Part shown: positions 56,721 through 64,000 of the stretch, one piece after another
Layout of the letters: every line of letters begins with the position of its first letter
How positions within the stretch are numbered: the stretch's first letter is position 1
Assembly: GCA_039818205.1 (NCBI GenBank)
Contig: JBCBUK010000007.1
Span: forward strand, 193,675 to 257,674
DNA: 64,000 bases
Source of the DNA: Verrucomicrobiota bacterium
GTDB taxonomy: Bacteria > Verrucomicrobiota > Verrucomicrobiia > Opitutales > Cerasicoccaceae
Reading direction: 5' to 3'
Made by a program: the position numbers and the translations under genes
Notes under the pieces: generated by a model
What the model saw: only the letters and a program-made list of their open reading frames with translations
Told to the model about the DNA's origin: nothing
The model's database searches: none

Positions 56721-58616
56721 TCAAATAGCAGGGATCAGGCCTACCGGAATATCTAGTTTCTTATCGTCCGCGCCTTCCGCAAAAGTGCTTATCGAGTAGC
56801 TATTCTTCTCGGACCAGTCGCATTCCACCCGGCCATCACCGAGCACAATGCTGCCCAGTTTCTGGCGAAACCAGGCAGCGAGTTCCCGATACGCCGGATC
56901 ATTCGCGACGTTGTTCAACTCCAATGGATCTACGCGGAGATCATAGAGCGCTAGTTCCGCCTTCTCAACCGGGCACTTCATCGCCCACTCGATGTTTTTA
57001 TTCAGATTACCTTTTTTCACTAAGCCCTTGAACGGCCGAGTCCGCATAGAAAACCCGAAATCGTGTGACCGAAGATAAGCACGGGGACCATACACCAAAT
57101 TCATTTCGCCGAGCGCATATTCGCGCTGATCCGCCTTTCCAGCAATAACCTCCGCGAGGTCATAGCCATCCAGATAGTCGTATTGCCGATCGTGGATATC
57201 GACTCCACCCGCAGCAAGAATAGTAGGCGCAAAATCGACATACTCGACTATGTCGTCAAAAACGATACCTGGTGGGAATCGCGTCTTATCGGAAGAAACG
57301 ACGATTGCTGCGTTGTGTATGGACTCACGCCAGGGGGTAAACTTCGTTTCAATACCCTGCTCACCAAGATGCCAGCCATGATCACCGACTGTGTAGACAA
57401 TCAGGTAGTCACGATTATGAGCGTCACAAAATTCTTTAAACGCGACAACCACTTCACCAATTAGGGCGTCCCCGTAAGCACAGAAAGCATAGTAGTCGCG
57501 GATCGCCTGCTGCACGTCCTCCTCAGTATAGGCACGTCCTGCCGAAACATCCTCCGGTGTATTCGCGATGATCTTCATTTGCTTCGCGATTTTCATCAAC
57601 TGCGGAGGAAGCTTCTCAAACTGATCACGCGAGAACTTCGGTACAGTGTAAGTCTTACCTAAAAAGTTTTCGCGAAATGCCTGCGGCGGAAGTACTGGGG
57701 TATGGGGCAAACGCAGCCCAACTTCAATCATCGCAGGGCGATCCGTAGGCACCCCTTCAAATGCTTCGCCGAATGAAGTTGAGTAAGATTGATTAGCATT
57801 CTCCAAGTAGTTTCGAAACTCTTTAACAATGTAAGCATCAACGGTTTTGTCAGCAGGTTGTGGGTTCCGACCGCCGTAGATCAAGTTCTTCGAAAAGAAC
57901 CCCTTCGGATAGGCACGCAGGAGATCAAACTCCGCGTCGGTTCGCTCAATCTCAGCAACGTCTTTTGCGCTCAGCGCTTCGACATGGCGTCGGGTAAAGT
58001 AAACGCGCTCCGACCCATCTGGATACATCACTTTTTCCTTCTTACCTAAGACCTTCGACTTCCCTCCAATATTGCCTCTAACTGAATGCGAGTAGATATC
58101 GCCCAATCCGTTTGCTTGGAGATCGTGCTTAAAATGAACCCGTGTCCCCCAGAGCCCTTCAGTGTTGTAAGCATTCGGCTTGGTAAAAATGTAAGAATCC
58201 ATCTTTCCAAACGCACCTGTGCTATAACCATACTCGCGCATCGTTTGGTGAACGATCGGAGTAACAAAGTCCGCCATCTGGTGGGTCAATTCGAAAGCGT
58301 AGTGTCCATTTCGAAATGGATACCGCCCCGTATGCATGGAACCGCGTGACGGCCCACAAGCCGGAGAATTAACAATTGCTCGGGTAAACAGAACACCCTC
58401 TTCCGCCAAGGCATCAATGTTCGGCGATTCCACATACCCAAGGGGGCTCTCATCCGTTCCATAGACAGCGCGATTAAAACAAGCCAATGAGTCGGCACGC
58501 TGGTCGTCCGTTACAATCCACAATATATTGGGCAAATCATCCGCGACATCAGACCTGGCGCCTACACTGGCGACAACACACGATCCGACAGCTCCAAACA
58601 AAGCTAAAAACCTCAT
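56721..58616 (-). CDS. Formylglycine-dependent sulfatase (S1, long type)
   Basis: Signal peptide, PNILWIVTDDQR, CGPSRGSMHTGRY, PHTP, GDHGWHLGE, LYDLRVDPLE. Confidence 0.93.
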   Translation of the reverse strand: MRFLALFGAVGSCVVASVGARSDVADDLPNILWIVTDDQRADSLACFNRAVYGTDESPLGYVESPNIDALAEEGVLFTRAIVNSPACGPSRGSMHTGRYPFRNGHYAFELTHQMADFVTPIVHQTMREYGYSTGAFGKMDSYIFTKPNAYNTEGLWGTRVHFKHDLQANGLGDIYSHSVRGNIGGKSKVLGKKEKVMYPDGSERVYFTRRHVEALSAKDVAEIERTDAEFDLLRAYPKGFFSKNLIYGGRNPQPADKTVDAYIVKEFRNYLENANQSYSTSFGEAFEGVPTDRPAMIEVGLRLPHTPVLPPQAFRENFLGKTYTVPKFSRDQFEKLPPQLMKIAKQMKIIANTPEDVSAGRAYTEEDVQQAIRDYYAFCAYGDALIGEVVVAFKEFCDAHNRDYLIVYTVGDHGWHLGEQGIETKFTPWRESIHNAAIVVSSDKTRFPPGIVFDDIVEYVDFAPTILAAGGVDIHDRQYDYLDGYDLAEVIAGKADQREYALGEMNLVYGPRAYLRSHDFGFSMRTRPFKGLVKKGNLNKNIEWAMKCPVEKAELALYDLRVDPLELNNVANDPAYRELAAWFRQKLGSIVLGDGRVECDWSEKNSYSISTFAEGADDKKLDIPVGLIPAI

Positions 58617-58703
58617 AGTATTTCCGAGTTTGTATAATGTTAATTAGGGCGACGGCAGAACCCTTAAACCGCGCAGCCTGCAAGCTTGGCTTCCATTAGA
58701 AGA

Positions 58704-58746
58704 ATGTGCTGAGCCAAGTCCCCATTTTTTTCTTGGCCCAGCACAT
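58704..58746 (-). terminator. Hairpin downstream of 58817-59329
   Basis: 15-bp stem ATGTGCTGGGCCAAG/CTTGGCTCAGCACAT on the minus strand, followed by TCTTCT. Confidence 0.5.
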
Positions 58747-58816
58747 CTATCGATCCCGCTCAATAAACATTGTACAAACTATCGAATTAGGGTGACCAAG
58801 TTAAGTAGACAATAGT

Positions 58817-59329
58817 CTAGGTATTCAACTGACTCGCTTGATGGTCCACGCCACTCTCTTGCTTATGCTCAAGTTCCACTCGCAAGATTTCCAATTCTTG
58901 TGCCTTAGTCATCAATGCTTCTTCCGATTCATGGAGCCTCCGCTCGCGCTCCTCCATCTCGATTCTACGTGGGTCGATCGCTTCTAGTATGCCAACGTAT
59001 TCTCTTAGCGTCACAATAACACTTTGAGAGTGAGCCACACTATCCTTTAGTCTATCAATCATGCCCAGCATTGACTGGATTGGCCCCGGAAACATCAAGG
59101 CTCCCGTATCTTCGCACTCTTCCGAAGCGACAAGAGCCCATTGTATTGGTTCGACACCAGGTGGTTCAAATTGAGCCACCAGAATCTCCCAGCCGGAGTA
59201 CTCTTTATGTAACTCTCGAATGGCAGCGACAGACTGCGGTTCGTCGAGAACATTGTCACCAATAGCAACCCAGAAACGATCTTTCTTATTCGTCTCTTCT
59301 ATCAGCTTACTTAGGTTGGTCATTAACAT
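58817..59329 (-). CDS. Hypothetical protein with C-terminal coiled coil
   Basis: 170-aa ORF with an E/R-rich heptad tail. Confidence 0.65.
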   Translation of the reverse strand: MLMTNLSKLIEETNKKDRFWVAIGDNVLDEPQSVAAIRELHKEYSGWEILVAQFEPPGVEPIQWALVASEECEDTGALMFPGPIQSMLGMIDRLKDSVAHSQSVIVTLREYVGILEAIDPRRIEMEERERRLHESEEALMTKAQELEILRVELEHKQESGVDHQASQLNT

Positions 59330-59774
59330 GCTTATTCGATCTCCGCGGCGGATTTCCTAAAGGGACCGAAACAACAGTTTCAGGCGTCAAAATTTGCCGA
59401 TCGCGCTAGTCCGGCATTGAATCGACCGATAGGAAAGCTCGACCGACTGACCGATGGTCTGCGCATTTCAACTACCGAGTCAAATGACTGGTTTGCTTAC
59501 GTTATAGGGATGCTAGCACACCGCCCCAGGATAGACCAAGTGTAACGAAATAAAGCTCCGTTCGCTAGTAGACTATAGTCTGATGCGCATAACCTCATAT
59601 GACATCCGTCTAGTTAACTAATCCAACCAAAACAGCTATAGTGTAAGGGTAGTTCATAGCGATCGAGCAGTTTTTAAAACACGACAAACGAAACTCGATC
59701 AGCTGTATCCCATAACCGTTAGTTCGCATATAGCACACAGAAAAGATCAACCCCAACCGCATATCCAAGAATCA

Positions 59775-60590
59775 ATGAAAAAAGAAAAATTGGCAAATGC
59801 CTCATTAATCGTTGTAGCAACACTACTATCCCAAACAGTATCCGCTCAGACAATTGATTTCAACTCACCCCCTTTCACCGCTGGAGCCGGCCTCAACGGC
59901 CAGCAAAACTGGTTAGCGGAATCCAGTTGGAACGTTGATGTTGGAGGCGGCTCCGTTTCAACAGACACCAACGCTGAAATAGCCGTTCTCAATACCCCAG
60001 TTACCCTTGCAGTCGGAGAAACATTCTCGTACTACGTCGAGTTCCGATACACCGGAACTTACGCGGTCCCAACCGGAAACCTCTCGCTCTTTCAAACTGG
60101 ACTCAATGATTCAACCGGGCTTGTCGCAAATACGGCCGCCAATACTGATGCCCATTTTAATGTTCAGGCATTTGGCACCAACCAAGACCAACGTCTTTTG
60201 GTTGGCTTCACAAACATCAGTGGAGACAATAATCTAGATCCGATCGACACTAATCACACGTATCGCATTGAATACGAGATTACTCTGGGAATCGACGCCG
60301 CGTCCACGAACTACGTTGGCCGGTTCGACAATATCTCCACCGGACAAGACGGAGGTGATTCCAACTTCAGCGGCATCGATACTTCCATCTATGATGCTCT
60401 TACTGGATCCGGCGCCTACGTATACTTCCAATCGCTAAACCCGGCCGCAAACGCCAGCGGTCTGACAGGCGTTGAGGTTGGCCGAGTAGCCATCATCCCT
60501 GAACCAAAAGTTTACAGTTTGATAGTTGCTGCAGGCGCATTTCTTTTCGTTCACCTCCGAAAGAAGCAATCCCGAAAGACCTCGTGTTAA
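59775..60590 (+). CDS. PEP-CTERM sorting domain protein
   Basis: Signal peptide, LNGQQNW motif, C-terminal IPEPKVYSLIVAAGAFLFVHLRKK. Confidence 0.9.
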   Translation: MKKEKLANASLIVVATLLSQTVSAQTIDFNSPPFTAGAGLNGQQNWLAESSWNVDVGGGSVSTDTNAEIAVLNTPVTLAVGETFSYYVEFRYTGTYAVPTGNLSLFQTGLNDSTGLVANTAANTDAHFNVQAFGTNQDQRLLVGFTNISGDNNLDPIDTNHTYRIEYEITLGIDAASTNYVGRFDNISTGQDGGDSNFSGIDTSIYDALTGSGAYVYFQSLNPAANASGLTGVEVGRVAIIPEPKVYSLIVAAGAFLFVHLRKKQSRKTSC

Positions 60591-60815
60591 ACAAAGGAAG
60601 TAAAAAAGATCCCAACAACGGCAAAATCGTTTTTCAGCTACTGAGCTCTGGGAATCTCGGGTTAAGCAAAATACGTTTTCTACACCCGGCGCTCAATAGG
60701 TCATGACAGGAGGAATTTGGCAGTCATCACAACGGCCCCAATGCCATCAGGCTAGACTGCCAAATTCCCTTGTCACCAATCCACGAGCAAGAAACATCTG
60801 ACAAAGAAGACAGCA

Positions 60816-61082
60816 ATGGGATACCTCGGAGTCGCTATTTTCATCGCCGCTTTCTCGGTGCTCGCACTGAGCATCAGAGGCCTATTCAACAAGGATTGGT
60901 CCTTTTGGAGCACTTTCGGGGGAGTCACACTTTCTGCTATCGCCAGCGTAAGTATCATACACGGACTGAGTGAAACTCGATCTGCTTCACCCCCTCAGCT
61001 GATATTCTTCTCAATCATACTCCTCATCGGTATTGTATGCTTCGGTCGACAACTGAAACTGTGCTTTCGGCCTCGAAGCTGA
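60816..61082 (+). CDS. Small membrane protein (3 TM)
   Basis: Three hydrophobic segments in 88 aa. Confidence 0.5.
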   Translation: MGYLGVAIFIAAFSVLALSIRGLFNKDWSFWSTFGGVTLSAIASVSIIHGLSETRSASPPQLIFFSIILLIGIVCFGRQLKLCFRPRS

Positions 61083-61181
61083 GTATTAGAAACCGACACC
61101 ATTATTTTCCCGACAACACCCTTCGCCAAGTTGCTGGGAGAATCCCTCATCCAATACTGAGTTACTATTCCATATCTCGAC

Positions 61182-62162
61182 ATGCATACTCCTAAGTCCT
61201 GGGCTTTGATAGCTTTCGTTTCCTTAATCAACTCCGCATCGATACTCGCTAGCAATGTAGGTTCCACAGGCCTGGCTACGACGACCTCAGAAAACACGGG
61301 TAACGTAATCGAGAACAAACAAGAATACGTCCCGCAACCAGTGGTCAACCAAGCGATACCTGGCGCAAGATGGAAGCTTCTTGAAGACTTCTCCGACGAG
61401 TTCGACCACGACCAGATTGACACGAAACGTTGGAACAATGAAATAAGCCCATGGGGCGAACGCGCATGGTCGCCAGACAATCTATGGCAGAAAGACGGAA
61501 AGCTCTTCATTCAAGCCCGCTATGAACCACACACCGATTCGAGAGGTCGGCATTTTTTCTATAAACTAGGGATTCTCCAGACTCACGGAAAGACAACCTA
61601 CGGTTTCTTCGAAGCCAGGATCAAGGGTTCCAGCGTGTTCCCCGGAATGTGTCCCGCATTTTGGTTGTACAGCAACCGGCGGGAGCTCAACCCGGACTAT
61701 CCTGAGATTACTTACAGCGAGATCGATATCGTCGAGCTCCAGATGGGTGAGTACAACATGGAATCAGAGAAGCATAATGACATCAGCTACATCGATCTGA
61801 ATCTTCATTGCCGTATTATTAAGGATGGAAAAGAAATCTGGCAGCGCCCCAATAGTCTCCCAGAAGTTTGTCGACATGGCTGGCAAGCTCCATGGGATCC
61901 AAGCGAGGATTTCCACACCTACGCGGTCGAGAACACGCCGGAGAAAATCACCTGGTATATCGATGGACAGAAAGTTGCGGAAGAAGACAATCTCTATTGG
62001 CACCTACCAATGAGCCTCGCCCTGACGATGGAGCTGCGCCCACCCTACATCGATTGGGTTGGTGTTGATGGTAGAGTGCCGGTCCCCGAAGCGTCAAAAC
62101 CAGACGGCTTCCCAACCCATATGGAAGTTGACTATGTGCGCAGTTGGGTCCGGGACAACTAG
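61182..62162 (+). CDS. cgkA: GH16 kappa-carrageenase-like enzyme
   Basis: YSEIDIVELQ catalytic motif, plus FPGMCPAFWLYS, WDPSEDFHTY, DNLYWH and GFPTHMEVDYVR, which I recognise from CgkA-type kappa-carrageenases. Confidence 0.82.
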   Translation: MHTPKSWALIAFVSLINSASILASNVGSTGLATTTSENTGNVIENKQEYVPQPVVNQAIPGARWKLLEDFSDEFDHDQIDTKRWNNEISPWGERAWSPDNLWQKDGKLFIQARYEPHTDSRGRHFFYKLGILQTHGKTTYGFFEARIKGSSVFPGMCPAFWLYSNRRELNPDYPEITYSEIDIVELQMGEYNMESEKHNDISYIDLNLHCRIIKDGKEIWQRPNSLPEVCRHGWQAPWDPSEDFHTYAVENTPEKITWYIDGQKVAEEDNLYWHLPMSLALTMELRPPYIDWVGVDGRVPVPEASKPDGFPTHMEVDYVRSWVRDN

Positions 62163-62177
62163 TAATTTTTTATACCG

Positions 62178-63653
62178 ATGAATACCAAACTATTGATCGT
62201 CTACACACTCCTCCACACTTCGCTTTTTGGAGAACGAATCGCGCGGCCACCGGTTCCATACGACCCGAGTGACTACGAGCATGCTTCCGAAGAGCAGATC
62301 GAAAAATTCAGAGATTGGAAATTTGGGATGAGGATCCATTGGGGGCCCTACTGTCTTGTCGACGGGAAGGAATCTCATGTTCTTATTCCCAATCGCCTCA
62401 ACGCTAGAAAAATTCATGGTGATGCCCAAAGAGAATTTCGCTACGACTACCAGCAGCTCTACAGATCCTGGAATCCGACTGGTTTTGACGCCGAGGAATG
62501 GATCGATCTAATCGAGCTCGGCGGATGTCGGTTCTTCACTTTTACGACGCGGCATCATGATGGTTTCTCAATGTTCGATACTCAAACCAAGGTAAAGAGG
62601 AGATTCTCCTATCGGAATCCAGATGTTCCCGACGAGATCGAAGAATGCGACCTTTCCTATAGTATCATGGAAACGCCGTTCGGCCGGGACGTCACGCGGG
62701 AACTATGTGATGCTGCCCGGAAACGCGGACTCGGCATCAGCCTCTACTACTCCCATCCAGATTGGTACGATGCCGACTTCCGCATCGACGAACGTCATTG
62801 GTTTCAGGACCAAAACTACACCAGCGAAACCGACCCTGAAGGCTGGAATCGAATGGTCAACCGACACCGGCAGCAGCTAATCGAATTACTGTCAAACTAC
62901 GGCCGAATCGACATGATCTCGTTGGACCTGTGGATGCCGGAAATATTCTATGCTGATATCGTAGAGACACAGAAAGCGATCCGAAAAATCCAACCACATG
63001 TGATGTTCCGCAACCGAGGGATCGGCTCTTACGGCGACTACTACACACCGGAAAGAACACTCGGAAAATCGAATCGAGGAAAGCCCTGGAGCGTCATTTA
63101 TCCCTGTAGCACCAATTTTTCCTACATGGAGAATGATGAGTATAAACCGGTCTCATGGATAATATCGAGCTTGATTGATTCGGTCGCCAAAGGCGGCAAT
63201 TTCCAAGTCGCATTTGGACCACCACCAAATGGGAAATGGCAACAAGAGGTCGTTGACCGCATGAAAACAACTGGCCAATGGATGAAAACCAACGGTGAGG
63301 CGATATACGAAACTCGCCCCCGGAGCGGTGGCAAAGGATCATTCAAAGAGGACGGCTTCGCCAAACAAAACGGTTCATGGGAAGCATCTGAGATATATTT
63401 TACTCGCAGCAAAGACTACAAAACGATCTTCGCCCTCTACATTGGCGAGCCCGCCGAGGCGATCAGACTATCCTCAATTGATCCACAAGAAGGCGCAACA
63501 ATGACACTGTTTGGAAGCCAGAGAGAAGACCCGCTTGAATGGCGTCAGACGGATGATGGCCTTGAGATCAACCTACCTAAGGATATTGCATCGATCACTC
63601 CTGGAATTGCTTACGCAATAGAAATCAGCCTCCCAACACCCTACCCCGAATAA
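62178..63653 (+). CDS. GH29 alpha-L-fucosidase family protein
   Basis: KFGMRIHWG, TTRHHDGFSMFDT, LYYSHPDW, ELLSNYG and NGEAIYETRP motifs. Confidence 0.9.
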   Translation: MNTKLLIVYTLLHTSLFGERIARPPVPYDPSDYEHASEEQIEKFRDWKFGMRIHWGPYCLVDGKESHVLIPNRLNARKIHGDAQREFRYDYQQLYRSWNPTGFDAEEWIDLIELGGCRFFTFTTRHHDGFSMFDTQTKVKRRFSYRNPDVPDEIEECDLSYSIMETPFGRDVTRELCDAARKRGLGISLYYSHPDWYDADFRIDERHWFQDQNYTSETDPEGWNRMVNRHRQQLIELLSNYGRIDMISLDLWMPEIFYADIVETQKAIRKIQPHVMFRNRGIGSYGDYYTPERTLGKSNRGKPWSVIYPCSTNFSYMENDEYKPVSWIISSLIDSVAKGGNFQVAFGPPPNGKWQQEVVDRMKTTGQWMKTNGEAIYETRPRSGGKGSFKEDGFAKQNGSWEASEIYFTRSKDYKTIFALYIGEPAEAIRLSSIDPQEGATMTLFGSQREDPLEWRQTDDGLEINLPKDIASITPGIAYAIEISLPTPYPE

Positions 63654-63845
63654 GGTTCTCACAGTCCGATGGAGGATTGCTCTTTCAATGGTTCAATCGA
63701 TTCGGCAATGCCCACCGGCTTTGTGAGGTCTTTGTCAATGATGCACCGAATTTTGCGCGTTCAAAAGCGACAAAATAGTTGATATCCGCTCCCGACAATC
63801 ATAACCTTTCGCCATCGAAAAAGGAAATGTAAAAGGACATCCAAG

Positions 63846-64000
63846 ATGATGCGATTCCCTGGAGCCCTGGTTGTCGCGGTGCTTTATCTCGTCTCCGTCC
63901 TCACGTGCCCGGCTAAACCGCTAGAAGAGATTGACCAGATTAAAAGGCTCGAGCCCGAGGCTGCCGAAAATAGCCTTCCCGTTGCCGCGGCAACGGGAAG
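63846..64000 (+). CDS. N-terminus of a probable secreted protein, truncated by the window edge
   Basis: ATG at 63846 gives MMRFPGALVVAVLYLVSVLTCPA|KPLEE..., open to the window end. Confidence 0.55.
   Translation, partial: MMRFPGALVVAVLYLVSVLTCPAKPLEEIDQIKRLEPEAAENSLPVAAATG

Noticed and set aside
59420..59710. GACCGA triplet repeat and GATCGAG/CTCGATC stem upstream of the PEP-CTERM gene
   Set aside because: Short, irregularly spaced and single-instance; not enough to call an ncRNA or operator.
1..64000. CRISPR array, rRNA or IS transposase
   Set aside because: No regularly spaced repeat-spacer array, rRNA-like sequence, cas gene or transposase ORF was seen.

Overview
This window appears to come from a marine Verrucomicrobiota chromosome, probably Opitutales. 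That is an inference from the PEP-CTERM proteins, the sulfatases and the integrase type. It has three parts. (1) Positions 1-20,700 hold core genes: a hybrid kinase, exbBD, an M16 peptidase, waaA, trpA, pgi, rsmI, ppx-like, rluD-like, wzc with an outer-membrane barrel and a membrane glycosyltransferase, and an NtrC-family regulator. (2) A ~24.6 kb integrative element sits in tRNA-Thr(UGU), bounded by an exact 52-bp direct repeat (20911-20962 and 45469-45520). Its left end looks like a filamentous phage (inovirus): tyrosine integrase, divergent RHH/HTH regulators, a hairpin-rich putative origin, an HUH rolling-circle Rep, an SSB-like gene, and a pVIII-like major coat protein followed by a terminator. 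I see no pIII, pVI or pI(Zot) genes. Where they would be expected lies ~19 kb of cargo: an Fe3+ ABC transporter, a PEP-CTERM protein, flavodoxin, a HemS-like protein, a degenerate Fur paralogue, and a 10-gene type IV filament (T2SS/T4P/MSH-like) operon. All of the cargo operons except the Fur-like gene are directly preceded by copies of one 17-bp palindrome (TTGAGACTnAGTCTCAA-like). (3) Positions 45,990-64,000 form an algal polysaccharide locus: a kappa-carrageenase-like GH16, two sulfatases, GH29, a beta-helix protein, and a large clan GH-A enzyme whose N-terminal Ig-like domain appears to be split between it and the next gene. All family calls come from reading motifs by eye; no searches were run.
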